Assembly: GCA_046346665.1 (NCBI GenBank)
Contig: JAXMHQ010000001.1
Location: 131,896 to 195,895 of the forward strand
Direction: 5' to 3'
Source of the DNA: Verrucomicrobiota bacterium
Lineage (GTDB): Bacteria > Verrucomicrobiota > Verrucomicrobiia > Limisphaerales > JAXMHQ01
DNA: 64,000 bases
Position numbers and translations under genes: made by a program. Below are positions 17,103 to 26,092 of the stretch, in pieces; position 1 is the first letter of the stretch, and each line of letters begins with the position of its first letter. Under the pieces are notes generated by a model. It saw only the letters and a list, made by a program, of their open reading frames with translations, searched no databases and had not been told where the DNA came from.

Positions 17103-18068
17103 ATGAAAAGGCTGACAGCAACCCGGCCCAAGGCGGCCCGGCTGAGCCGGTCGCGAAACCGGCCCGCCGCCCCGGCGCCCGAACTCCATCCCGAACCCGC
17201 GCCCGCCCCGGCGGAATCGCTGCGGGGCGACGTCCTGCAGTTGTACCTGCGCGAAATCGGCCAGGTGAAACTGCTGACGGCGAAGGAGGAGCTGGACCTG
17301 GCGAAGCGGATCCGGAAAGGCGACAAGCACGCCCGGGAGCACATGATCAAGGCGAACCTGCGGCTGGTGGTGAAGATCGCCCGCGATTACGAGGGGCTGG
17401 GCCTTCCGCTGCTGGACCTGATCAATGAAGGCAACATCGGGCTGATGCAGGGGGTGGAACGATTTGACCCGCGCAAGGGCGCGAAGCTGTCGACCTATGC
17501 CGCGTGGTGGATCAAACAGGGCATCCGCCGCGCCCTGGCCAACCAGTCCAAGACCATCCGCCTGCCGGTCCACGTCGTGGACAAGGTGTCGCAGATCCAC
17601 CGGGCCGAGCGCAAGCTGCGCGAGCACCTGGACCGGGACCCGACGAACGAGGAATTGGCGAGCGAGCTCAAGATGAATCCGCGCCGGGTGGAGCAATACC
17701 GCCGGGCGTCGCTGGCGCCGGTGTCGCTCGATGCGGCGATCGGGGGCGACGAGGATTCCGGGCGGGTGGCGGACGTGGTGGCGGACCCGGACGCGGAGGC
17801 GCCGTTCAGCCGGCTGGTGCAGGAGACGGACACCGAGCTGGTGCGCGAAGTGATGTCGACGTTGAGTGAGCGCGAGCGGGCGATCCTGGTGCGGCGGTTC
17901 GGCCTGGAGACCGGCACCCCGGTGACGCTGGAGGAAGTCGGCGAGGAATTCGGGCTGACGCGGGAGCGGATTCGCCAGATCCAGGAAGAGGCGCTCTTGA
18001 AGCTGCGTGAGGCGATGGAGAAGCGGGACCGGCCGGATAAAGACCCGTCGTTCGCGATGGCAGCTTGA
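17103..18068 (+). CDS. RNA polymerase sigma-70 family factor, RpoD/SigA-like (regions 1.2-4)
   Basis: LQLYLREIG, ANLRLVVKIARDY....LLDLINEGNIGLMQGVERFDP.KG.KLSTYAAWWIKQGIRRA, RLPVH, and the region 4 HTH LTLEEVGEEFGLTRERIRQIQEEAL. Confidence 0.9.
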   Translation: MKRLTATRPKAARLSRSRNRPAAPAPELHPEPAPAPAESLRGDVLQLYLREIGQVKLLTAKEELDLAKRIRKGDKHAREHMIKANLRLVVKIARDYEGLGLPLLDLINEGNIGLMQGVERFDPRKGAKLSTYAAWWIKQGIRRALANQSKTIRLPVHVVDKVSQIHRAERKLREHLDRDPTNEELASELKMNPRRVEQYRRASLAPVSLDAAIGGDEDSGRVADVVADPDAEAPFSRLVQETDTELVREVMSTLSERERAILVRRFGLETGTPVTLEEVGEEFGLTRERIRQIQEEALLKLREAMEKRDRPDKDPSFAMAA

Positions 18069-18080
18069 CGATATCGAGCG

Positions 18081-18170
18081 GTTAAATGGTTAAAAGGGTT
18101 GAATGGTTGAATGGTTGATTCGCGCGAGCGGGTCGACCATTCAACTTTTTTAACCGTTCAACCATTCAAC
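18081..18170. repeat. word-periodic hairpin (GTTGAATGGTT family) after the sigma-factor stop
   Basis: gttaaatggttaaaagggttgaatggttgaatggttga ... gaccattcaacttttttaaccgttcaaccattcaac. Confidence 0.8.
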
Positions 18171-18179
18171 TCCAAGCAC

Positions 18180-18199
18180 AAGTAACTTGACAGTTACTT
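18180..18199. promoter_or_regulatory. candidate TetR operator overlapping a TTGACA -35-like hexamer upstream of the tetR-MFP-RND operon
   Basis: Perfect palindrome AAGTAACT-tgac-AGTTACTT, 39 bp upstream of tetR ATG 18238. Confidence 0.5.
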
Positions 18200-18237
18200 T
18201 GCGTCCGGTATGGTCCGGGTGTGCTTTTCCGGTCCCT

Positions 18238-18876
18238 ATGAAAGCGGAGCGCTCCAGCCGGTCCGCCAGCCGCAATCCGCACCAGAGCCAGGAGCGGATC
18301 CTGGATGCGGCCTTGCGTGAATTTGCGGCGAAGGGGTTTGCCGGCGCCCGGGTGGATGCCATCGCCCGCCGGGCGCGCATCAACAAACGGATGTTGTATC
18401 ATTACTTCGGGGACAAGGACCGGCTGTTCCGCGAGGTGTTGCGGCGCAAGTTGTCGGAACGGTCGGCGTGGCTGGCGTCAGCGCCGGAGGATGCAGGGGA
18501 CAGCCTGGCGTACTGGTTCCGGCTGGCGTGCAATGACATTGACTGGGTGCGGCTCCTGGAGTGGGAGGCGTTGCAGGGGGACAGCCGGGAATTGATCGAG
18601 GAGGAGCACCGGCGGGTGAACGTGCGTCGGGCGATCGACCGGCTGCGGCGCCAGCAGGCGGAAGGGCTGCTGCCCTCGGAGTATGATCCCGGCCAGTTGC
18701 TGCTCACGATGATGTCCCTGACGGCGTATCCGCTGGCGTTTCCCCAACTGACCCGGCTGATCACGGGCATGGAAGTCTCCGACCCGGCGTTCCAGGCGCA
18801 ACGCGAGAAGTTTTTACGGCTGATGGGCAGGGCGATTCGCAGAAAGCCGCGCGAGGGGGCTCCCGGCACCGATTGA
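18238..18876 (+). CDS. TetR/AcrR family transcriptional regulator
   Basis: ILDAALREFAAKGFAGARVDAIARRARINKRMLYHYFGDKDRLF TetR HTH. ATG 18238 is preferred because the ORF-track start lies inside an upstream palindrome. Confidence 0.85.
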   Translation: MKAERSSRSASRNPHQSQERILDAALREFAAKGFAGARVDAIARRARINKRMLYHYFGDKDRLFREVLRRKLSERSAWLASAPEDAGDSLAYWFRLACNDIDWVRLLEWEALQGDSRELIEEEHRRVNVRRAIDRLRRQQAEGLLPSEYDPGQLLLTMMSLTAYPLAFPQLTRLITGMEVSDPAFQAQREKFLRLMGRAIRRKPREGAPGTD

Positions 18877-18883
18877 AAATCCC

Positions 18884-20038
18884 ATGAGATCCCGAAATCC
18901 TTATTGGTCCCGCGCGGCGGGATTTGGCGTGCCGGGGCTGATGTTGTGCCTGGCGGTTTCGTGTTCGAAATCGCCAGCCGGCGCGGCCCGGCCCGCACGG
19001 CCCCCCGTGCCGGTGGTGACCGCCGAGTCTTCCACGCGCGATGTGCCGGTGCAGATCCAGGCGATCGGCAATGTGCAGGCGTATTCCCTGGTCCTGATCC
19101 GCTCGCTGCTCACGGGGCAATTGGAATCGGTCAACATCCGTGAAGGCCAGGATGTGCGGGCGGGGGATTTGTTGTTTACGCTGGATCCGAGGCCGTGGCA
19201 GACGGCGGTGAACGAGGCGCAGGCCAACCTGGCGCGGGACGAGGCGCAATGCATCCGGGCGCGGCTGGAATTCGAGCGCACGAGCAACCTGTTTGAAACG
19301 CAGATTGCGTCGAAGCAGGACTTCGATTCCGCGCTGGCGGCCTACCGCGGACTGGAGGCGTCCATCGAGGCCGACGCGGCCGCCCTTTCGAACGCGCAGG
19401 TGAACCTTGGTTACACATCGATCCGGGCGCCGATCGACGGGCGGACCGGGAGTCTGTCCGTGCGCAAGGGCAACGTGGTGAAGTCGCCGGACGACGTGTT
19501 GTTGCGGATCACGCAGGTGCACCCGGTGTATGTGGCGTTTTCGGTGCCTGAGGCGGAGCTGCCGGCGATCCGGCGCGAGGCGCGGCAGCGGGCGTTGCCG
19601 GTGACGGCGGCGGCGCCGGGCGACGACGGGGTGGCGACGGGGGAGCTGACGCTGATCGACAACCTGGTGGACACGAACACGGGCAGCATTTTGTTGAAGG
19701 CGACGTTTGCGAACCAGGACGAGGTGCTTTGGCCGGGACAGTATGTGCGCGTGACGCTGACCTTGAGCAACCTGGTGGACGCGGTGGTGGTGCCGACGCC
19801 GGCGGTGCAGACCGGGCAGTCCGGCCAGTTTGTGTTCGTCGTCAAACCGGACAAGACCGTGGAGACGCGGCCGGTGGTTGTGGGATTGAGTTACGGGAAC
19901 GAGACGGTGATTTTGCGCGGGTTGAGCGGGGGTGAAACGGTGGTGACCGACGGCCAGCTCCGGCTGAGCCCGGGCGCCGCCGTCATCGTGAAGTCGCCCG
20001 GCACACCCGGCACAAATTCCCCGGCGCCGGTCCCATGA
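18884..20038 (+). CDS. efflux RND transporter periplasmic adaptor (MFP)
   Basis: Lipoprotein-like N-terminus (LCLAVSCS). Motifs G.V..V.V.EGQ.V..GDLLF.LDPRP, LGYT.IRAPIDGR, and a beta-barrel/MP domain typical of AcrA/MexA-like adaptors. Confidence 0.9.
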   Translation: MRSRNPYWSRAAGFGVPGLMLCLAVSCSKSPAGAARPARPPVPVVTAESSTRDVPVQIQAIGNVQAYSLVLIRSLLTGQLESVNIREGQDVRAGDLLFTLDPRPWQTAVNEAQANLARDEAQCIRARLEFERTSNLFETQIASKQDFDSALAAYRGLEASIEADAAALSNAQVNLGYTSIRAPIDGRTGSLSVRKGNVVKSPDDVLLRITQVHPVYVAFSVPEAELPAIRREARQRALPVTAAAPGDDGVATGELTLIDNLVDTNTGSILLKATFANQDEVLWPGQYVRVTLTLSNLVDAVVVPTPAVQTGQSGQFVFVVKPDKTVETRPVVVGLSYGNETVILRGLSGGETVVTDGQLRLSPGAAVIVKSPGTPGTNSPAPVP

Positions 20039-23000
20039 ACGTCCCCGAGCTTTTCATCCGCCGCCCCGTCATGACCACCCTGGTCATGTCGGGCATCCTT
20101 CTGTTCGGCGCGATCAGCTACCGTTTCCTTCCCGTCAGCGATCTGCCGAGCGTGGATTACCCCACGATCCAGGTCTCCGCGAGCCTGCCGGGGGCGAGTC
20201 CTTCGACGATGGCGGCGGCGGTGGCGACGCCGCTGGAAAAGCAGTTCTCGACGATCGCGGGCATTGATTCGATGTCTTCGGCCAGCGCGCTGGGGAGCAG
20301 CCAGATCACGATTCAATTTTCGCTGGACCGGAACATCGACGCGGCGGCGCAGGACGTGCAGGCGGCGATTGCGAAGGCGGCGCGGCAATTGCCGCCGAAC
20401 ATGCCGACGCCGCCGACCTACAGCAAGGTCAACCCGGCGGATTCGCCGGTGCTCTACCTGGCGCTCGCCTCCCCCACCCTGCCGCTGTCCACCGTGGATG
20501 AATACGGCCAGACGCTGATGGCGCAGCGCATTTCGATGATCAACGGCGTGGCTCAGGTGTCGGTGTTTGGCGCGCAAACCTACGCGGTCCGGGTGCAGGT
20601 GGACCCGAACAAACTTGCCTCCTATGGCATCGGCCTCGACGAGGTGTCGGACGCCATCCAGGCCGGCAACGTGAATCTCCCCACGGGCACCTTGATGGGC
20701 AAGCGGCAGACCTACACCATCCTGGCCAACGGGCAGTTGACCCGGGCGGCGGATTACCGGCCGTTGATCGTGGCTTACCGCAACGGCAGACCGATCCGGC
20801 TCGAGCAGCTGGGCCGGGTGCTGGACAGCGTGCAGAACGACCGCATCGCGAGCTGGTTCAACAACACCCGAGCCGTCGTCCTCGCCATCCAGCGCCAGCC
20901 GGGCGCGAACACGATCGAGGTCGTGGACGGGATCAAGCGGCTGATGCCGCAATTCCGCGCCGCGCTTCCCGCTTCGCTGGAACTCAGCATCCTGTACGAC
21001 CGTTCGGAATCGATCCGCGATTCGGTGAACGACGTCCAGTTCACGCTCGGGCTGACCGTGGCCCTGGTGGTGATGGTGATTTTCATTTTCCTGCGCAACC
21101 TTTCCGCCACCGTGATCCCCAGCCTCGCGCTGCCCATGTCGATCGTCGGCACGTTCGCCGCCATGTACCTGCTCGGCTACAGCGTCGACAACCTGTCGCT
21201 GATGGCGCTCACGCTGTCGGTCGGGTTCGTCGTCGACGACGCGATCGTGATGCTGGAAAATATCGTGCGCCACATCGAGCTCGGCGAGACGCCCATGCAG
21301 GCGGCGTTGAAAGGATCGCGCGAGATCGGGTTCACGATCGTTTCGATGACGCTGTCGCTCGCGGCGGTGTTCATCCCGGTGCTGTTCATGAGCGGCATTC
21401 TCGGGCGGCTGCTGCACGAGTTCGCCGTCACCATCGCCGTCGCGGTGCTGGTGTCCGGGTTTGTGTCGCTGACGCTGACCCCGATGTTGTGCAGCCGGTT
21501 CCTGAAATCCGGGCACGACAGCCGGCATGGCAGGCTCTACGCCGCGTTCGAGCGGTTTTTCCAGGGGATGCACAACACCTACGACCGCACGCTCCAGGCG
21601 GTGCTCCGGCACCGCCGCGCAACGCTGCTCGTGTCCGTCGTGGTGCTGTTCGCCACCGCCTGGCTGTTCTACGTCATTCCCAAGGGATTTTTCCCGACGG
21701 AAGACACGGGCCAGGTGTTCGGCATCACCGAGGCGGCGCAGGACATTTCGTTCGAAGCGATGCGCGAACACCAGCAGGCCATCGCGAAGATCGTCGCGGA
21801 AGACCCGAACGTGGCGAATTTCATGTCCTCCATCGGCGCCGGTGGCCCGAATGCCACGGCGAACAGCGGCCGCATTTTCATGCGGCTCAAGCCGCGATCG
21901 GAGCGGAAGCTGCGCGCCGACCAGGTGATCCAGGAACTGCGGCCGAAGCTCGCCGCGGTCCCCGGCATCCAGGCCTACCTCCAGGTGCCCCCGCTCATCC
22001 GCATCGGCGGCATGCTCACCAAGGCGCTGTACCAGTTCAGCCTGCAGGACACCGACACAAAGGAGCTGTATCACTGGGCCCCGATCCTGATGGGGGAGAT
22101 GGCGAAGCTGCCGGGATTCCAGGACGTGACCAGCGACCTGTTGATCGCCAACCCGCAGTTGAACGTCGACATCGACCGCGACAAGGCCTCGGCCCTGGGC
22201 ATCACGCCGGACATGATCGAGAACGCGCTCTATGACGCCTACGGGCAGCGCCAGATCTCGACGATCTACACCGACGTCAATGAATACTGGGTGATCCTGG
22301 AGGTGGAACCGCAATACCAGTCGAATCCCTCGGCGCTCTCGCTGCTCTATGTCCGGTCCAACTCGGGCAAGCTGGTGCCGTTGAGCACGATTGCGAAACT
22401 GACGAAGGACATCGGGCCGATGACGGTGTCGCACGTCGGGCAGCTGCCGGCCGTGACGATCTCGTTCAACCTGGCTCCCGGCGTGTCGCTCGGCACCGCC
22501 GTGGAGCAGGTCCAGCGGTTGCAGAGTGAATTGCGCATGCCCCAAACCATCACCGGCAGTTTCCAGGGTTCCGCCCAGGTGTTCCAATCATCGGTCAAAG
22601 GCCTCGGCGTGCTCCTCGCCATGTCGGTCCTGATCATCTACATCATCCTGGGAATTTTGTATGAAAGCTTCGTTCATCCGCTGACGATCTTGTCGGGGCT
22701 GCCGTCGGCTGGGTTTGGGGCATTGCTGGCGCTGATTGTGTTCAGCTGGGGATCGGGCACGTGGGTGGACCTGGTGCACGCGCGCAGTTTGAAGGCGGTG
22801 CAGGACGCGCTGGTGTCGCGGGCGGACCTGAACATTTATGCGTTTGTGGGATTGATCATGCTGGTGGGCATTGTGAAGAAGAACGCGATCATGATGATTG
22901 ATTTCGCGCTCGACGCGGAGCGGCAGGGCAAGGCGCCGGAGGAAGCGATTTACCAGGGTTGCCTGCTGCGGTTCCGGCCGATCATGATGACGACGATGGC

Positions 23001-23220
23001 GGCGCTGATGGGCACGCTGCCGATTGCGCTCGGCATGGGAGCCGGCGGCGAATCCCGCCGCCCGCTCGGTCTTGCGGTGGTCGGCGGGCTCGTCGTGTCG
23101 CAACTGCTGACGCTTTACATCACGCCGGTGATTTATCTGTACCTGGAGGATTTCCAGCGGCGGGTCCGCGGCGCGCGCCGCCCCCACCCGCGCGCGGCCA
23201 AGCCGGTTGAGACGGGGTAG
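20035..23220 (+). CDS. efflux RND transporter permease (AcrB/MdtB/MdtC-like, HAE1)
   Basis: 1061 aa. FIRRPVMTTLVM N-terminus, 12-TM/2 large periplasmic loop layout, conserved VVDDAIVMLENI and KKNAIMMIDFA motifs. The start overlaps the MFP stop. Confidence 0.95.
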   Translation: MNVPELFIRRPVMTTLVMSGILLFGAISYRFLPVSDLPSVDYPTIQVSASLPGASPSTMAAAVATPLEKQFSTIAGIDSMSSASALGSSQITIQFSLDRNIDAAAQDVQAAIAKAARQLPPNMPTPPTYSKVNPADSPVLYLALASPTLPLSTVDEYGQTLMAQRISMINGVAQVSVFGAQTYAVRVQVDPNKLASYGIGLDEVSDAIQAGNVNLPTGTLMGKRQTYTILANGQLTRAADYRPLIVAYRNGRPIRLEQLGRVLDSVQNDRIASWFNNTRAVVLAIQRQPGANTIEVVDGIKRLMPQFRAALPASLELSILYDRSESIRDSVNDVQFTLGLTVALVVMVIFIFLRNLSATVIPSLALPMSIVGTFAAMYLLGYSVDNLSLMALTLSVGFVVDDAIVMLENIVRHIELGETPMQAALKGSREIGFTIVSMTLSLAAVFIPVLFMSGILGRLLHEFAVTIAVAVLVSGFVSLTLTPMLCSRFLKSGHDSRHGRLYAAFERFFQGMHNTYDRTLQAVLRHRRATLLVSVVVLFATAWLFYVIPKGFFPTEDTGQVFGITEAAQDISFEAMREHQQAIAKIVAEDPNVANFMSSIGAGGPNATANSGRIFMRLKPRSERKLRADQVIQELRPKLAAVPGIQAYLQVPPLIRIGGMLTKALYQFSLQDTDTKELYHWAPILMGEMAKLPGFQDVTSDLLIANPQLNVDIDRDKASALGITPDMIENALYDAYGQRQISTIYTDVNEYWVILEVEPQYQSNPSALSLLYVRSNSGKLVPLSTIAKLTKDIGPMTVSHVGQLPAVTISFNLAPGVSLGTAVEQVQRLQSELRMPQTITGSFQGSAQVFQSSVKGLGVLLAMSVLIIYIILGILYESFVHPLTILSGLPSAGFGALLALIVFSWGSGTWVDLVHARSLKAVQDALVSRADLNIYAFVGLIMLVGIVKKNAIMMIDFALDAERQGKAPEEAIYQGCLLRFRPIMMTTMAALMGTLPIALGMGAGGESRRPLGLAVVGGLVVSQLLTLYITPVIYLYLEDFQRRVRGARRPHPRAAKPVETG

Positions 23221-23237
23221 CGAGAGCGGGAGGATCG

Positions 23238-23335
23238 TTGGATTAATGGATTAATGGATTGATGGATTACTGGATAAAGCGCGATCGCCGCGTGGAGCCA
23301 AAAATCCAATCATCCATTTATCCAATAATCCAGCA
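23238..23335. repeat. word-periodic hairpin (GGATTAATGGATT family) after the RND pump stop
   Basis: ttggattaatggattaatggattgatggattactggataaa - loop - aaaatccaatcatccatttatccaataatccagca. Confidence 0.8.
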
Positions 23336-23388
23336 AAGATTGGGCTCGACCGAGTCCCACTCCACCGCGCTGGATACGCGGAGCATCG

Positions 23389-24084
23389 ATGCGCATATCC
23401 GAAACAGAAAAACTGTTCTGGCAAGCCCGGGCGCGGATCGTCTGGGGAGAATCGGCCCGTTCCGTCAGAACGTTCCTGATCGCGAACGGGGTCGCTCAAT
23501 CGCTTGCCGATGAAAGAATCGCCGCGTTCCTTCAGGAGAAGCATGCCGACATGCGGCGGAGTGGTTGCCGCGATTTATTGCAGGGCCTGGCCCTGGCGTG
23601 CGCCTCGGGAGGCGTTCTGTTTTACATCCTGAATTACGGCACAGCCGCTTTGGGCGCCATAGGCAGCGCCGGCGCCCCCCTTCTTCTCATCACCATTTAT
23701 GGTCTGTGGAAAAGCCTGGAGGGTCTGGGCTCGATCCTGGAACCCCTCTTCGACCCTGGAGTCAACGCCCCCAAAAAAGAGCCCCGAACCCGCCGGCGTC
23801 ACGATTCCGCCGCGCCCGACCGGGAAGTTGCCCAGGCGCAGACGTCGCCCTTTCACCAGGTGCTGGGCGTGACGCCTGGCGCCTCTCCAGCGGAAATCAA
23901 GAAAGCCTACCGCAATTGCGTCAAAATGTATCACCCGGACAGGTTTGAAAATGAACCGGAGGAAATGCGCTCCTGGGCCGACGAGATGACGAAATCGGTA
24001 AACGCCGCTTACGAAGCGCTGACAAAACTCCCTCCGCTTCCACAGAGCGAGCCAAAAGATCGGACGCGCACCTCATCCGATTGA
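23389..24084 (+). CDS. membrane protein with C-terminal J (DnaJ) domain
   Basis: Two predicted TM helices (LALACASGGVLFYIL, APLLLITIYGLW), then FHQVLGVTPGASPAEIKKAYRNCVKMYHPDRF (J-domain with HPD). Confidence 0.75.
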   Translation: MRISETEKLFWQARARIVWGESARSVRTFLIANGVAQSLADERIAAFLQEKHADMRRSGCRDLLQGLALACASGGVLFYILNYGTAALGAIGSAGAPLLLITIYGLWKSLEGLGSILEPLFDPGVNAPKKEPRTRRRHDSAAPDREVAQAQTSPFHQVLGVTPGASPAEIKKAYRNCVKMYHPDRFENEPEEMRSWADEMTKSVNAAYEALTKLPPLPQSEPKDRTRTSSD

Positions 24085-24183
24085 GCGGGCCAAGCCCCTG
24101 GAGTCGCAGCAGGGTGGCGATGCCACTTTATCCTAAACGCCTCTTGGCGGCGCCCGGTTATATTAATAATTTGGCGCAATCCT

Positions 24184-25866
24184 ATGTTACGCGACTGGTC
24201 CGCCGCGTTGAAGCTGCTCCTGCTGGGAATAGCATGCCTGCTGGCTTATTCGGTGAGCTTGTCCGTGGCGGTGGTCGGGCCGGCTCTTGTGGCCGGCCTT
24301 GCCGCCATTTTGGCGCAAAACCGATGGATTGAAGCCCGGCCTTTGGGCCCGAGAATCCTGTCGGGCTTGGCCTGGATTGCGACCGCCATGACCATCGCCT
24401 TCGCGCTGCTGCCCGGCAGCCGGTTTTATGTGGAAGTTTACGTGTCCATCATGGTTTGGCTGACGGCCATGGCCTTTTTCCCTCTGCGTGCAGCGGTTCG
24501 GGTTTCTGCTGAATGGAAGAAACTCGGGATGACATGGATACTCCTCGGAATTGTGATTTGGATCGCGTCCGGGTACGCGGAGAATCGCGCGATAACTTTC
24601 TATTGCGGCATGTTATTCCTGATCGCCTGGCTGATCGCTCTTCAGCTCCTGTGGAAACTTCCGGCCGCTCTGCGTGTCGGGGCGAATTCGCTCATCCTGC
24701 TCAATCTTGGGCTGCCCCTGGCGAGTTGGCTTACTCACCCCAAAAACGCGGCTTCAACAACCGCATTTCCGGAAGAAGAACTGTATCTGTATGAATCCGC
24801 TCGAACCAACCAGCCGGGATTCAACCGCTGGTGCGGCGCATTCGACGAACAATGGCACAAGGTGCTGACGGAGGCGTTTTTGATCAACGGGGGTTATCGG
24901 CTGCGGCCCAACAGCCACTCAGTGCTTTTTGAGAGCCCGATAGCCATCAACAGCCTTGGATTCCGCGGTTCCGAACTATCGAACGACACGAATGTCTACC
25001 GCATTGTCGCACTGGGAGAGTCCACAACATTCGGGATCACCATCCGTTCCAATGATTGTCCGTGGCCCGAACTCCTGCAGCAGCTTATTGAATCGCGGAT
25101 TCACCCGGCCCGTCCTGTGGAAGTCGTTAATGCGGGTATCCCGGCTCTCACTCTTCCCGCCAACCTGGATCGGCTTACCCCCGAAATCCTGCCGCTCAAA
25201 CCCAACTTGATCATTTCCTATCATGGTTACAACGGGTTTTATCTGCTGCGCAGCGGCCTTTCGATACCGTTTGTCATCAAGGCCCCGCATTACCAGAAGC
25301 GTCCCATCAGATTGTTGGCAGATATTGAGTATAAAATGCGACTGGCTCTGGCGGTGCGGTCCGAGAAAAGCATGCTCGCTCTGAATCCGCCCGACACCCG
25401 AAAACCGCTGGACACTCCTTACGCAGAGGCCTACCGGCGGCTCATAGAAGTCGCGCGGAGCAACCACGTCCACCTGGCGCTCTGCAATTATTCCATGGCG
25501 GTGAACAGTCGAAGCCCTTTCGAAGTGATCCAGTTTTTCCAGCGGCGATTCGCGACGGCATTCTGGCAAGTAAAGGCCAATGATGTCCATTCCATGATTG
25601 TCCGGGAATTGACACGGCAAACTCCTGACGTCCTTTATGTCGACACCCATCCAGGCCTGGATGGAGATTACGACGAGTTCATCGATCTGATGCATTTTGC
25701 CCATGCCGGCGAAGCGCAGATTGCCGAGAACATTTATCAAGGAATCGAAACATTCCTGAGACAGGAATTGGGAAGTTCCGGATCCACTTCAAATGCGTTT
25801 TCGGCGGCTTCCTCCGCCATTTCCGCGGATTCGACCCGTGAAAATGCTCGGGGCGGCACGTTCTGA
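24184..25866 (+). CDS. polytopic membrane protein with C-terminal SGNH/GDSL-like hydrolase domain
   Basis: About 190-aa N-terminal region with ~6 hydrophobic helices. The catalytic-type block I is IVALGESTTFG, with a later NAG block and a C-terminal DLMHF (D-x-x-H). Codon third positions are visibly less GC-rich than in neighbours. Confidence 0.65.
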   Translation: MLRDWSAALKLLLLGIACLLAYSVSLSVAVVGPALVAGLAAILAQNRWIEARPLGPRILSGLAWIATAMTIAFALLPGSRFYVEVYVSIMVWLTAMAFFPLRAAVRVSAEWKKLGMTWILLGIVIWIASGYAENRAITFYCGMLFLIAWLIALQLLWKLPAALRVGANSLILLNLGLPLASWLTHPKNAASTTAFPEEELYLYESARTNQPGFNRWCGAFDEQWHKVLTEAFLINGGYRLRPNSHSVLFESPIAINSLGFRGSELSNDTNVYRIVALGESTTFGITIRSNDCPWPELLQQLIESRIHPARPVEVVNAGIPALTLPANLDRLTPEILPLKPNLIISYHGYNGFYLLRSGLSIPFVIKAPHYQKRPIRLLADIEYKMRLALAVRSEKSMLALNPPDTRKPLDTPYAEAYRRLIEVARSNHVHLALCNYSMAVNSRSPFEVIQFFQRRFATAFWQVKANDVHSMIVRELTRQTPDVLYVDTHPGLDGDYDEFIDLMHFAHAGEAQIAENIYQGIETFLRQELGSSGSTSNAFSAASSAISADSTRENARGGTF

Positions 25867-26092
25867 CACCGTAATCACCGGGAACGATGCCAATCGCCGT
25901 CGGTCCAACCACCGCTCGAGTCCTCGAGATTGCTGAAGCAGGCAGTTGCACATCAGCATGCGGACGATCCCGCGAATACCGCATGCTTGGCATGAATTCA
26001 TCAGTCAGGCCATCTTCAACCGCTTGTTGCGGACGGGCTATGCAGTGCGTAGCATTTCGCGTCCGGACGTCTTCGCAGCGCCCGGGCGTCTC

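Noticed and set aside
16418-17350. 310-aa minus-strand ORF overlapping the Rrf2 gene, the repeat and the sigma-factor 5' end
   Set aside because: It crosses an intergenic repeat and runs antisense to two well-supported genes. It shows no motifs.
19891-22587. 898-aa minus-strand ORF opposite the RND pump, and similar long shadow ORFs (3158..4630, 9110..10468, 12015..13265, 25679..27154, 29955..31193, 34609..35991, 39453..41525, 41522..43390, 44247..46631, 48881..50944, 55726..57348, 57658..58896, 59195..60661, 60727..61791, 61683..63554)
   Set aside because: Each is antisense or out of frame to a gene with clear family motifs. Their translations are Arg/Pro/Gly/Ala-rich and lack motifs. This is a high-GC artefact.
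23238-23335. Tandem short repeats considered as possible CRISPR arrays (here and at the other word-periodic loci)
   Set aside because: The repeat unit is only 7-9 nt, contiguous and without spacers. The two halves are reverse complements (hairpins). No cas genes are present in the window.
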